Assembly: GCA_003279015.1 (NCBI GenBank)
Contig: QCBV01000002.1
Location: forward strand, 22,774-86,773
Length of the DNA stretch: 64,000 bases
Reading direction: 5' to 3'
Source: Prochlorococcus sp. AG-347-J19
GTDB taxonomy: Bacteria > Cyanobacteriota > Cyanobacteriia > PCC-6307 > Cyanobiaceae
A program made the translations under genes and the position numbers. The notes under the pieces were generated by a model that ran no database searches, was not told where the DNA came from, and worked only from the letters and a program-made list of their open reading frames with translations. Shown here in pieces: positions 54,555 through 64,000 of this stretch. Each line of letters opens with the position of its first letter. Within the stretch, counting starts at the first letter, position 1.

Positions 54555-55595
54555 TTAGGTAGTTTTTAAAAGCATTTTTGCTCTGCAGGCGGCACTAAAA
54601 AGTCCAAACTCTTCATCTAAAATTACTTTCATGGGTATTGTTTTAAGAATATCTTTTAATCTTCCCTTGTCTAAAAATTGTTTCATAAATAAATCTGATT
54701 TAAAGTTTTTGAAATGTTTCGGTGCTGTTCCTCCAGAAATCCATAAACCACCAAAGCACAATTCTTGAAGAGCAACATCTCCTAATAAAGAAGCATAAGC
54801 ACCTAACCAAATCCTCTCAACTTCAAACATAAACTGATCCCCCTCATTCGAAAGAGTGCAAATTTTTTCTGGTAGTTCTTTTCTCAAAACATCAGAATTC
54901 TTAATTTCTTCTAAATATTTTTGTAGAGGGTGGTTTTGGGCATCAGGTTTGCTTAGTCTCCATTCGGCAATTCTCGATAAACCAGTGCCGCTAACAATTC
55001 TTTCACAAGATATCCTTTCAATTTTTAGGTGATTCTTAAGCCAAATCTTTAATTCCCATTCTGATTTTGACTTTGGCGAGTATTCAACATGACCACCTTC
55101 ACTAGCTAAAACTTTTACCTTTTCTTCTGATATTATGCCTCGTGCGATGCCTAAACCAGTCCCTGCTCCAACAATGGCATGTAAATCATCATTATTAGAA
55201 CCTCCAAAATGAGACCCATCTTGGATTGTAGAATATTGATTTTCTTTTAAATATGGTATTCCATAAATTTGTACTGCGAAATCATTAATTAGCTCGCAAC
55301 TTTCAAAATTAAATTTGTTTTTTAGCGCTTTCCCAGAAATATTCCATGACAAATTAATAATCTTTGCATTGTTGCCTGATACCGGCCCAGCTACAGCCAA
55401 ACAAGCAGAGGATGGATGAGTAAAGTTGCGACATTCATTTTTTAAAAAGTCTTCTAGTATTAATTCAAAAGAGACCCATTCTGAAGATATATATTTTTTT
55501 TTAATTATTAAGTTAGGAGATTCATCATTTAGGTCTTTTTTGAACATTCCCAACAGAACTTTTGTACCCCCTAAATCACAAGCAAGAAAATTCAT
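54555..55595 (-). CDS. glk: Glucokinase
   Basis: 346 aa with the N-terminal ATP-binding LACDLGGTK. Pattern is typical of the bacterial Glk family. Confidence 0.88.
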   Translation of the reverse strand: MNFLACDLGGTKVLLGMFKKDLNDESPNLIIKKKYISSEWVSFELILEDFLKNECRNFTHPSSACLAVAGPVSGNNAKIINLSWNISGKALKNKFNFESCELINDFAVQIYGIPYLKENQYSTIQDGSHFGGSNNDDLHAIVGAGTGLGIARGIISEEKVKVLASEGGHVEYSPKSKSEWELKIWLKNHLKIERISCERIVSGTGLSRIAEWRLSKPDAQNHPLQKYLEEIKNSDVLRKELPEKICTLSNEGDQFMFEVERIWLGAYASLLGDVALQELCFGGLWISGGTAPKHFKNFKSDLFMKQFLDKGRLKDILKTIPMKVILDEEFGLFSAACRAKMLLKTT

Positions 55596-55605
55596 AAATT
55601 TGAAA

Positions 55606-57522
55606 TTATTCCGTTCGACCTTTTTTATCTATTAATTCATCCATTAATTTGTAAAGATTAGGTAAATTGAAAATCCCTAAATTTGTTCCATCAAGAGCTC
55701 TAATTGCAACTGAATCAATTTCCTCTTCTTTATCCCCTATAACTGCAATTAAAGGAACTCTATCTATAGTTGCCTCCCTTATTTTGTATCCTATTTTTTC
55801 ATTTCTAATATCAACTTTTGATCGGTAACCATTATTATTTATTAATTCATTAAATCTTAAACACTTTTCATTATTTCTATCGGTAATACTCAACAAAATT
55901 ATTTGATAGGGAGCAAGCCAAATTGGAAATTTTGCCTCATATTGTTCAATTAAGATTCCTATAAATCTCTCAAAGGATCCTAAAATTGCCCTATGAAGCA
56001 TAACTGGATTTCTTTTTTCATTATCAATATCTACATAAGCTGCATCCAACCTAATAGGCATTGAAAAATCAACCTGAATGGTTCCGCACTGCCAGACTCT
56101 ATTAAGACAATCTTTCAACGAGAATTCTATTTTTGGACCATAAAAAGCACCTTCTCCAGGTTGAAGCTCCCATTTTAGATTCTTTTTATCGAGAGCTTTG
56201 GTAAGGGCCTCTTCTGATTTATCCCAAATCTCTTCACTACCTACCCTTTTTTCAGGACGGGTTGATAATTTGATCATTATTTCATCAAAACCAAAAGTTT
56301 TATAAACCTCGAAAACAAGATCGATAAATGTGGAGACCTCTTCTTGAATCTGCTCTTCTGTGCAAAATATGTGCGCATCATCTTGAGTAAAGTTCCTTAC
56401 TCTCATTAAGCCGTGCAGTGCACCAGAGGGCTCATTTCTGTGACAAGAACCAAATTCAGCAAGACGAATAGGTAAATCTTTATAACTTTTTAAACCTTGA
56501 TTAAATACTTGAATATGGCATGGACAATTCATTGGTTTTATTGCATAAGTTCGATTTTCTGATGCAGTAGTGAACATATCGTCTCTAAATTTTTCCCAAT
56601 GACCGGATTTTTCCCAAAGAGATTTATCAACAGCTTGTGGGGTTTTAATTTCTAAATAATCATTTGTTTTGAGTATTTCTCTTATGTACTTTTCAAGTAC
56701 TTGGTAGATTGTCCATCCTTTTGGATGCCAAAAAATCATTCCTGGAGATTCTTCTTGTATATGAAATAGTGAATGTTTTTTACCAAGTTTTCTATGATCT
56801 CTTTTTTCCGCTTCTTCAATTCTTGTAAGGTAGTCATTGAGTTCTTTTTCTTTTGCCCATGCAGTTCCATATATTCTCTGTAATGATTCATTCTCACTAT
56901 TACCTCTCCAGTATGAACCTGATAATTTAAGTAATTTAAAGTGTCTTAAATGTCTTGTGTTTGGTACGTGAGGCCCTCTACACATGTCGATATATTCTTC
57001 GTGCTTGTATAAATTGATGAGACCTTCTTCAGGAATTTCTTCAATTATTCTTAATTTAAAAGTCTCATCTCTTTCTTTAAAAGTTTTAATTGCCTCTTCT
57101 TTAGAAACTTGTAAAATTTCAACGTTATAGTTTGTTTTTATTAGTTTATTAATTCTATTTTCGATTTTTATTAAATCTTCAGGAGTAAATCTGTATTCAG
57201 AGAAAATATCGTAATAAAAACCATCTTCAATTACAGGTCCAATAGCCATTTTAATATCAGAGTAAATTTGTTTAACTGCATGACCAATAAGATGAGCGAA
57301 AGAATGTCTTATTATTTCAATTCCTTCTTTATCTTTTGATGTGATGATTACAACTTTGGAATCTTTATTTATAGGAATTGTTGCATCAAGAAGAACATCA
57401 TTTACTTTCCCAGCAATTGTTGCTTTAGCTAATCCAGCGCCTATACTATGGGCAATTTCTAGAATAGTTACAGATTTTTCGAAAACCTTTTTTGAACCAT
57501 CAGGCAAGGTAATTATTGGCAT
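55606..57522 (-). CDS. thrS: Threonyl-tRNA synthetase
   Basis: 638 aa with a TGS domain, editing domain (HSFAHL), class II core and anticodon-binding domain. Confidence 0.97.
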   Translation of the reverse strand: MPIITLPDGSKKVFEKSVTILEIAHSIGAGLAKATIAGKVNDVLLDATIPINKDSKVVIITSKDKEGIEIIRHSFAHLIGHAVKQIYSDIKMAIGPVIEDGFYYDIFSEYRFTPEDLIKIENRINKLIKTNYNVEILQVSKEEAIKTFKERDETFKLRIIEEIPEEGLINLYKHEEYIDMCRGPHVPNTRHLRHFKLLKLSGSYWRGNSENESLQRIYGTAWAKEKELNDYLTRIEEAEKRDHRKLGKKHSLFHIQEESPGMIFWHPKGWTIYQVLEKYIREILKTNDYLEIKTPQAVDKSLWEKSGHWEKFRDDMFTTASENRTYAIKPMNCPCHIQVFNQGLKSYKDLPIRLAEFGSCHRNEPSGALHGLMRVRNFTQDDAHIFCTEEQIQEEVSTFIDLVFEVYKTFGFDEIMIKLSTRPEKRVGSEEIWDKSEEALTKALDKKNLKWELQPGEGAFYGPKIEFSLKDCLNRVWQCGTIQVDFSMPIRLDAAYVDIDNEKRNPVMLHRAILGSFERFIGILIEQYEAKFPIWLAPYQIILLSITDRNNEKCLRFNELINNNGYRSKVDIRNEKIGYKIREATIDRVPLIAVIGDKEEEIDSVAIRALDGTNLGIFNLPNLYKLMDELIDKKGRTE

Positions 57523-57525
57523 AAT

Positions 57526-58542
57526 TTATTTCTCCATTTCAAAAAATCCCAATTTTGATTTAACTCTTTTTAAAGTCTGATTCGCTAAATCTTCAGCTTT
57601 TTCCTTACCTTCATTAAGGATTTTATTTAGTTGATAGGGATCATTAATTAATAATTTATATTTTTTCTGAATAGGTTCTAGTGATTCAATAAGTTGTTCG
57701 GTAATTAATTTTTTAAAAGTCCCCCATCCAGTCTCTGAGAATTCATTTTCACATTGAGAAATTTCTTTGCCAGATAATATTGAATAAATCATCAAAAGAT
57801 TTTTCGATTCTGGTCTCTCAGGGTTGTTAAATTCAATTCCAATAGAACTGTCACTTTTTGCTCTTTTAATTTTTTTTGTGATTATTTCAGGAGGATCTAA
57901 TAAGTTAATGCGACTGCCCTCATTAGGATCACTTTTGCTCATCTTTTTTGAACCATCAATTAAACTCATTATTTTTGAACCATTCTTCATGATGATTGGT
58001 TGAGGGATCTTTAAAATATTTTTATCCTTACTAAATCTGGCATTAATTCTCTGTTGTGCAATATCTCTCGCAAGTTCAAGATGTTGTTTTTGATCCTCAC
58101 CTACTGGTACGAAGTCAGCATCATAAAGAAGGATGTCTGCAGCCATAAGTATTGGATAGTCAAATAATCCAATAGATACATTATTGCCTTGTTGTATGGA
58201 TTTTTCTTTAAATTGAATCATTCTTTCCATCCAATTTATTGGGGTCATGCAATTTAATATCCAACAAAGCTCTGAATGTGCTGAAATCTGACTTTGGACA
58301 AAAATTGAACATATATTTGGATTTATCCCACAAGCGACGTACAAAGCCGCTGTAGAGATAGTGTTCTGAGATAATTCTTTGGGATTATATGAGGCTGTTA
58401 TTGCGTGCAAATCAACTACACATAGAAATGTTTCATATTGCTCTTGAAGCGTAACCCAATTATTTATGGCCCCAAGCCAATTCCCAATATGTAAATCACC
58501 AGTCGGTTGAACTCCCGAAAGAATTCTTTTTTTATTTGCCAT
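57526..58542 (-). CDS. trpS: Tryptophanyl-tRNA synthetase
   Basis: 338 aa, class I, with the HIGN (HIGH) and KMSKS motifs. Confidence 0.97.
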   Translation of the reverse strand: MANKKRILSGVQPTGDLHIGNWLGAINNWVTLQEQYETFLCVVDLHAITASYNPKELSQNTISTAALYVACGINPNICSIFVQSQISAHSELCWILNCMTPINWMERMIQFKEKSIQQGNNVSIGLFDYPILMAADILLYDADFVPVGEDQKQHLELARDIAQQRINARFSKDKNILKIPQPIIMKNGSKIMSLIDGSKKMSKSDPNEGSRINLLDPPEIITKKIKRAKSDSSIGIEFNNPERPESKNLLMIYSILSGKEISQCENEFSETGWGTFKKLITEQLIESLEPIQKKYKLLINDPYQLNKILNEGKEKAEDLANQTLKRVKSKLGFFEMEK

Positions 58543-58954
58543 CCTCTTCTACTTCGCTAGATTGGATCTCTTCAGTTGTTGTACTTTTCACAGGTCTTGC
58601 AAAAGGATTAGGTGCTGTTTTTGTTTTTTCTTCATAAGAATTTTGTGATTGTCTACTCGGAGAAGAGTTTTTATTATTTTTTGCATATTCTTTGATAGAG
58701 TCAATCAATTTTTCGTCTTTGATCATTTCGCTAAGTGTTCTAACAGAGAAACCCAGAACTGCAACGGTAGATCTTAATTGAAAGGTCTCTTGTATTGATT
58801 TAACAGCTTTCATTTCGTTATCACTTAATCTTATGCGGAATCCCCCTCCATCTCTTCTGCCGCCCGATCTATCTCTGAAATTAGATCTTTCATTGTTAGA
58901 ACGACCTCTGTAATTTTCTTGTCCAGGATTATTGCTGAAATTTGAATTAGACAT
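58532..58954 (-). CDS. Conserved hypothetical protein with an RG-rich N-terminus and an RHH-like core
   Basis: 140 aa. An N-terminal RG/RGG-rich tract (RGRSNNERSNFRDRSGGRRDGGG) is followed by a beta-alpha-alpha-like segment (FRIRLSDNEMKAVKSIQETFQLRSTVAVLGFSVRTL). The ORF overlaps the trpS start by 11 nt. Confidence 0.6.
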   Translation of the reverse strand: MSNSNFSNNPGQENYRGRSNNERSNFRDRSGGRRDGGGFRIRLSDNEMKAVKSIQETFQLRSTVAVLGFSVRTLSEMIKDEKLIDSIKEYAKNNKNSSPSRQSQNSYEEKTKTAPNPFARPVKSTTTEEIQSSEVEEDGK

Positions 58955-59119
58955 CTTAATGTTTCTTAAGTTATTTAAATAGTCTATTAACTTACCATCT
59001 TGTTATGCAATAAGTCTTTTTAAAAAGCTTAAATTTTTATCTTTTGATTAACGACTTATGAAATTTTGCTTTTCTCATTCACAACTTGCATTAAAATAAA
59101 ATTAGAAAAATAAAGTATT

Positions 59120-60454
59120 GTGTTTGATATTAGTAAAGACAACCTTTTAAAGGATTTCATAAGGTTTCCAAAAAAAAATCTTCTCATTATTTTATTATTG
59201 TTAGGTTTTGGGGAATGGTTTGTAAGTGACTTAATTCATTTTGCAGGAGGCTCGATAGGATTTTTTGCTTTGTGTTTGGGGGGATATTTTTACTTGAAGA
59301 ATGATAAGCCTAAATTTAATGAGCCAAATAATTTAGATGGTTGGATAAGTCTATGTAATGAAGATTTAAATTTTTTTGAAGAACTTGAAGCAACAAATGA
59401 ATTAGAAAAACAGAATTCAAAAAGAAAAAAAACACTTGAATCTATTCTTAATAGATGTGAAAAAGAAAAAATAAGTTGCATTGGACAAAAAGATTATCAA
59501 AGTTTTCAATCTCTTTTGAAAAGTAATTTCAAAGCAGATAAGTTTGACTTTGATTTATACGAAAAACTGCCTAAATACAATTCTTCTCAAGTTATTCCAG
59601 AAGAAGCTTTGAAGAGTGATGCAATCCTGTATTTTATAAACTTGCCTTTGTCGGCAAATGATTTTTTGTGGCTGGAAAAGTTTCCTAAAAATATGCCAAT
59701 CTGGTTGGTGGCTTTGACTTCTAACCAAATAGAAGCCAAAAATCAGATAGAAGATCTAAAGTCTCAAATTTCAAGTGACTTTTTAAACAAAATTATTACT
59801 TTTGATGTGAATAAGAGTGAAATAACAAATATACCTTTTTCTTTAAGGAAGTTTTTCATAAGTTCATCTAAAAATATTGAAAATACAAAAAAAAGGCTCT
59901 TGAAAGAACTTCATGCTGCCTGGCAATCTGAAATTGAAGGTATAAGAAGAATGCAGTTAAAAGGTATACAAAGAAAAAATCAAATTCTTGTCGCAACAAC
60001 TGTTTTCTTATCTCCTATCCCATCAATTGATGTTATGGCAATGACAGTATTAAATTCTTTAATGATTAAAGAAATTAAGTCTATATGGGGATGTAATTGG
60101 TCTCCTGAAATTTTAGATAAAGTATCCAAAGAGATTTTAAAGACTGCAATTGCTCAGGGAGTTATTGAATGGAGTGGACAGACTTTAGTTGGCATAACAA
60201 AATTACATGGCCCAAATTGGCTTGTCTCTGGAACATTTCAGGCTGTAAGTGCTGCTTATTTAACAAGAGTAGTATCAAGCTCTTTGGCTGATTTTATGGC
60301 AATAACAAAAGGGGTAGAAGAACCTGATTTGGATTTTATAAAGAAAAATTCTGAGAAAATTGTTGAAGAAGCTTTTGAAAAAGAAAAAATAAATTGGAAA
60401 GGATTTATTTCTGATCTTAGAAAACCACTTATGAAACTATCTTTTAATTCATAA
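59120..60454 (+). CDS. Membrane protein with a P-loop-less GTPase-like region and a DUF697-like C-terminal domain
   Basis: 444 aa with N-terminal TM helices and a central region in GTPase-like strand order but no GxxxxGK(S/T). The C-terminal hydrophobic domain (FLSPIPSIDVMAMTVLNSLMIKEI) is reminiscent of DUF697. GTG start. Confidence 0.6.
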   Translation: MFDISKDNLLKDFIRFPKKNLLIILLLLGFGEWFVSDLIHFAGGSIGFFALCLGGYFYLKNDKPKFNEPNNLDGWISLCNEDLNFFEELEATNELEKQNSKRKKTLESILNRCEKEKISCIGQKDYQSFQSLLKSNFKADKFDFDLYEKLPKYNSSQVIPEEALKSDAILYFINLPLSANDFLWLEKFPKNMPIWLVALTSNQIEAKNQIEDLKSQISSDFLNKIITFDVNKSEITNIPFSLRKFFISSSKNIENTKKRLLKELHAAWQSEIEGIRRMQLKGIQRKNQILVATTVFLSPIPSIDVMAMTVLNSLMIKEIKSIWGCNWSPEILDKVSKEILKTAIAQGVIEWSGQTLVGITKLHGPNWLVSGTFQAVSAAYLTRVVSSSLADFMAITKGVEEPDLDFIKKNSEKIVEEAFEKEKINWKGFISDLRKPLMKLSFNS

Positions 60455-60465
60455 TCTTGGGTTGA

Positions 60466-61374
60466 ATGTTAAATATGAAAAAAAATATTTTTTTTTTAAG
60501 TTTGATACTTCTGCTTTCTATTGCTTCAGGCTCTTGTAAGAGAATATCAAATAAAAATGAAACTAAAGAAGTAATACTGGCAAGTTTCACTGTTTTGGCG
60601 GATATAATTAGCAATGTCGCTAAAGATGATTTTATTGTTAGATCAATAACGAAACCTGGAGTTGAAGTTCATGGCTACCAACCAACTCCAAGCGATTTGG
60701 TAAATGCCTCTAATGCTTTTGTTTTTATTGATAATGGATTTGGATTTGAATTATGGGCTGAAAAATTTGTTTCTAATTTAAAAGTTAAAAGAATTACTGT
60801 CGCGGAAGATTTGGATCCTATTTTTATCAGTGAAGATTTTTACAAAGGGAAACCCAATCCTCATGCCTGGATTTCTCCAAAAAGAGGGATGCTATACGTA
60901 GATATTCTCGTGGATTCTTTATCAGAATTGAGGCCATCCAAAAGGACATTATTTGAAGAAAATGGAAAAATTTATAAAGATAAACTATCTAAAATAGATA
61001 AAGAATTCTCACTTTTTATTAATAACTTAAATAAAGACAGGAGGTATCTAGTAAGTTGTGAAGGTGCTTTTTCGTATCTAACAAATGATTATGGATTAGA
61101 GGAAGTTTATTTGTGGCCAGTTAATGCTGAGAGTCAAATTACTCCTAAAAGAATGGCAAGAACAATCTCACTAGTTAAAGAAAAAAATGTTCCATCTGTA
61201 TTTTGCGAAAGTACTGTAAGTAACGAATCTCAAATGGTTGTTGCAAACGAAACTGGGGCTAATTTTGGAGGAAATCTTTTTGTTGATTCATTATCTGATG
61301 ATAGTGGGCCTGCTAGTACTTATATAAAAATGCTTGAGCATAATTTGGATTTGATTAAAAAAGGACTTTTTTGA
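60466..61374 (+). CDS. Metal ABC transporter substrate-binding lipoprotein (cluster A-I, MntC/ZnuA/TroA type, probably Mn)
   Basis: 302 aa with a lipoprotein signal (..SIASGSC) and metal-ligand His/Glu/Asp positions (VEVHGYQPTP, NPHAW). There is no His-rich loop. Confidence 0.88.
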   Translation: MLNMKKNIFFLSLILLLSIASGSCKRISNKNETKEVILASFTVLADIISNVAKDDFIVRSITKPGVEVHGYQPTPSDLVNASNAFVFIDNGFGFELWAEKFVSNLKVKRITVAEDLDPIFISEDFYKGKPNPHAWISPKRGMLYVDILVDSLSELRPSKRTLFEENGKIYKDKLSKIDKEFSLFINNLNKDRRYLVSCEGAFSYLTNDYGLEEVYLWPVNAESQITPKRMARTISLVKEKNVPSVFCESTVSNESQMVVANETGANFGGNLFVDSLSDDSGPASTYIKMLEHNLDLIKKGLF

Positions 61375-61377
61375 ATT

Positions 61378-62142
61378 ATGGAAACAATCAATTATCAAAA
61401 CTTTAGGATTGATGCAGAGAATATTTGCGTAGATTACAACGGTAAGGTGGCTTTGTATGATGCCAATTTAAGATTGAAACCCGGCCAGATTTGCGGGTTA
61501 GTAGGGATGAACGGGGCTGGTAAAACAACTTTCTTTAATGCTTTAACTGGCTTTGTAAATATTTCAAAGGGAAAAATTAGAATAAATGGAGAGTCTGTAA
61601 GATCTGCTCAAAAAGATCAGACAATTGCTTATGTTCCCCAAAATGAGGGAATTGATAGTCAATTTCCAATAAGTGTTTGGGATGTAGTGATGATGGGAAG
61701 ATATGGTTCGATGAATATTTTTAGGTGTCCTAGAGAGTCTGATGTTCAGGCGGTTAAAGATGCTATTGAGAGAGTTGATCTTACTGATCATTTATCTACA
61801 CCAATTGGAAACTTATCTGGAGGTCAGAGAAAACGAACTTTTTTAGCCAGAGCAATTGCGCAAAGAGCATCAATACTTCTTCTTGATGAGCCTTTTTCGG
61901 GTGTTGATATAAGAACTGAAAAACTTATCTCGGAATTATTTATTCAATTTAAAAATGAGGGGAAAACCATATTATTATCAACGCACGATATGATTCATGT
62001 CCGTGAATTTTGTGATTTAGTTCTTTTAATAAATAAAACTGTTGTAGCTTATGGTGAAACCTCTGAAGTGTTTACCCCTGAAAATATTACAACTACTTTT
62101 GGAGGGATCTCACCTGATTTCTTGTTTGGACCTGAATCCTAA
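61378..62142 (+). CDS. Metal ABC transporter ATP-binding protein
   Basis: 254 aa with Walker A GMNGAGKTT, signature LSGGQRKR and Walker B LLLDEPF. Confidence 0.92.
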   Translation: METINYQNFRIDAENICVDYNGKVALYDANLRLKPGQICGLVGMNGAGKTTFFNALTGFVNISKGKIRINGESVRSAQKDQTIAYVPQNEGIDSQFPISVWDVVMMGRYGSMNIFRCPRESDVQAVKDAIERVDLTDHLSTPIGNLSGGQRKRTFLARAIAQRASILLLDEPFSGVDIRTEKLISELFIQFKNEGKTILLSTHDMIHVREFCDLVLLINKTVVAYGETSEVFTPENITTTFGGISPDFLFGPES

Positions 62143-62154
62143 ATTTTAATTTAT

Positions 62155-63027
62155 ATGGAGCTCTGTTCTTTTTTAACTTTAGATTCATTCATCACAGATC
62201 CTTTAACTCATGACTTTATGAGAAAAGCACTTCTTATGAGTTCACTAGTTGCAGCGGTTTGTGGTTTTCTATCAAGTTATTTGACTCTTAAAGGATGGGC
62301 TTTAATGGGAGATGCGGTGTCACATTCGGTAATGCCTGGTGTTGTGGTGGCTTATGCATTAGGTCTTCCTTTCTCATTAGGGGCATTTATTTTCGGAGTT
62401 GGTTCTGTAGCATTGATAGGTTTTATTAAGCAGAAATCTAGAGTTAAGGAAGATACTGTTATTGGGTTGGTATTTACTGGATTTTTCGCTCTTGGAATTG
62501 TATTGGTTTCTAAGATTAAAAGTAATATTGATCTTCACTCTATTCTTTTTGGTAGTCCATTAGGAATATCACTTTCAGATGTAAAACAAACTATATTCAT
62601 TTCCTTATTAGTAGTAATTCTTTTATCAATTTTTAGAAAAGATTTAATGCTTTATTGCTTTGATCCTAGGCATGCAAAAACAGTTGGGATTAACGTATTT
62701 TTTCTTCATTATTTACTCCTCACATGCTTATCTTTGGCAGCTGTTGTGGGCTTGCAGTCTGTTGGAATTATTTTGGTAGTTGCAATGTTGATTACACCAG
62801 GGGCTACAGCATATTTACTTACGGATAAGTTTGATAATATGACATTAATTTCAGTATTAAGTGCAATTATTTCTAGCCTAATAGGAATCTATGTTAGTTT
62901 TTGGTTTGATCTTGAAACAGGTGGATCAATTGTATTGGCACAAACTTTTATATTTTTATTTGCTTTTTTATTCGCTCCAAGATACGGAATATTTAAGTTA
63001 AAGAAATTATTTGCTGGGTATAAATGA
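62155..63027 (+). CDS. Metal ABC transporter permease (ABC-3 family)
   Basis: 290 aa and polytopic, following the binding-protein and ATPase genes. Confidence 0.92.
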   Translation: MELCSFLTLDSFITDPLTHDFMRKALLMSSLVAAVCGFLSSYLTLKGWALMGDAVSHSVMPGVVVAYALGLPFSLGAFIFGVGSVALIGFIKQKSRVKEDTVIGLVFTGFFALGIVLVSKIKSNIDLHSILFGSPLGISLSDVKQTIFISLLVVILLSIFRKDLMLYCFDPRHAKTVGINVFFLHYLLLTCLSLAAVVGLQSVGIILVVAMLITPGATAYLLTDKFDNMTLISVLSAIISSLIGIYVSFWFDLETGGSIVLAQTFIFLFAFLFAPRYGIFKLKKLFAGYK

Positions 63028-64000
63028 TAGTGGTGGAAGAAACTTTAAATAAAAAGTGGAATTGGTGGCCATTATTCCCCCTATATCCTTATGGAAAAAA
63101 GAAAACAATTTTAAGAGAATTAATCCCTGATCAAATATGGTCTTTGGAACAAATACAGGGACTTTATTATGTTGCGGTTCCAATAAGAATGACGGTAATA
63201 AAGGTTGATAATGGATTAATGCTAATAAATCCACTGCCACCGACAAAAGAATTAATAAATGAGTTAGAAAAATTAATTGCGATTCACGGCAACGTAAAAA
63301 CAATAATTCTACCGAGTGCCTCTGGACTAGAACATAAAATCGGACTGCCAGCTCTTTCAAGAATTTTTAAAGATGCAGAAATTTGGCTTTGTCCTGGACA
63401 ATGGAGTTTCCCAATAAATCTACCACTAGATTTCTTAGGAATTCCATCAAAAAGATCAAGAATACTGTTTGAAGAAGGTACTCCATATTCAAACTCCTTT
63501 AAATGGTCTTCATTAGGACCACTTAATTTGGGACTTGGAAGATATCAGGAGATAAGCTGTTTCCATTATCCTACGAAAACTCTTCATGTAACAGACGCAA
63601 TAGTTGGTATAGACTCCACACCTCCTGAGATATTTAATTTTGATCCAACTCCACTTCTTTTTCATTCTAGAGAGAGAGGAGATGAACCTTTGATTGACTC
63701 CATAGAACAAAGAAATAAAGGTTGGAAAAGGTTAGTCTTATTTTCATCTTTTTTGAAGCCAGGTAAATTAAATATTCCACCTTTAAAAAAAATATTTAAG
63801 TATTCATTGGAAAAAGATCTTAGAAATTGGAGATCTCATTTCGGTATTTATCCCTTTCTATGGGACGAAGATTGGGAATCTTCTCTTGTTGAAATAATGG
63901 GTAAAGATACTCCTAAGATTCAAATTGCACCAGTTTTACAAAAATTAATTTTCCCGCGTTCAAAAGAAGTTTTACTTCAGTGGTTAGAAAATATAAAGTC
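63024..64000 (+). CDS. DUF4336-like protein. Only the 5' part is present; the gene runs off the right edge.
   Basis: Not in the track because no stop lies in the window. ATG 63024 overlaps the permease stop (ATGA). My translation reads MIVVEETLNKKWNWWPLFPLYPYGKKKTILRELIPDQIWSLEQIQGLYYVAVPIRMTVIKVDNGLMLINPLPPT... and stays open to position 64000. The family assignment is from memory. Confidence 0.7.
   Translation, partial: MIVVEETLNKKWNWWPLFPLYPYGKKKTILRELIPDQIWSLEQIQGLYYVAVPIRMTVIKVDNGLMLINPLPPTKELINELEKLIAIHGNVKTIILPSASGLEHKIGLPALSRIFKDAEIWLCPGQWSFPINLPLDFLGIPSKRSRILFEEGTPYSNSFKWSSLGPLNLGLGRYQEISCFHYPTKTLHVTDAIVGIDSTPPEIFNFDPTPLLFHSRERGDEPLIDSIEQRNKGWKRLVLFSSFLKPGKLNIPPLKKIFKYSLEKDLRNWRSHFGIYPFLWDEDWESSLVEIMGKDTPKIQIAPVLQKLIFPRSKEVLLQWLENIK

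Noticed and set aside
62715-62724. ACTCCTCACA, a 10/11 match to the ultraconserved core that I recall for the cyanobacterial sRNA Yfr1
   Set aside because: It lies inside the metal-transporter permease CDS with no flanking stem-loops or terminator. It is best explained as a chance match in codons for L-L-L-T.
63007-63710. Minus-strand ORFs 63007-63360 and 63513-63710
   Set aside because: Both are antisense to the open-ended DUF4336-like reading frame, which has much the better protein-like sequence.

Overview
This window looks like a core-genome segment of a very AT-rich, tightly packed marine picocyanobacterium of the high-light-adapted Prochlorococcus type. That assignment rests on gene content, gene order and protein sequences, not on a database search. 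From left to right it holds a truncated lplA-like gene, psaM and light-dependent POR. POR converges on the dark-operative protochlorophyllide reductase genes chlL, chlB and chlN. Next come csoS1D, a Ham1/RdgB gene, and the alpha-carboxysome operon (csoS1, rbcL, rbcS, csoS2, csoSCA, csoS4A, csoS4B and a PCD-like gene). After that are housekeeping genes: ridA, gloB, hisG, an ABC exporter, a GNAT, a GT2/DUF2064 pair, dnaA, a GST-like gene, gor, a CaCA antiporter, pyrC, tRNA-Leu(UAA), ndhL, trpA, cyAbrB, a group-2 sigma factor, hisIE, clpB, petE, hemE, glgB, a TamB-like giant protein, proA, folB, prlC, ndhD, thrB, glk, thrS, trpS, and a metal ABC importer followed by a DUF4336-like gene truncated at the right edge. 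I count about 70 CDS and one tRNA. I see no rRNA, CRISPR array, transposase, integrase, phage gene or recognisable defence system, and no compositional island apart from the relatively GC-richer csoS1-rbcL genes. I therefore did not find a convincing new multi-gene system, and the region reads as ordinary core genome. The items most worth a second look are small-scale. (1) An exact 14-bp direct repeat brackets the carboxysome-operon leader, and its upstream copy sits in a GC-rich foldable island. (2) A canonical intrinsic terminator or attenuator lies between rbcS and csoS2. (3) A lipase-like alpha/beta hydrolase has Phe where its nucleophile Ser should be. (4) A co-directional cluster links the sigma factor, a DUF1232 membrane protein and a small HTH protein. 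(5) Several conserved hypothetical proteins have suggestive architectures: an RG-rich plus RHH-like protein, a P-loop-less GTPase-like/DUF697-like protein, and a DUF4336-like gene translationally coupled to the metal transporter.
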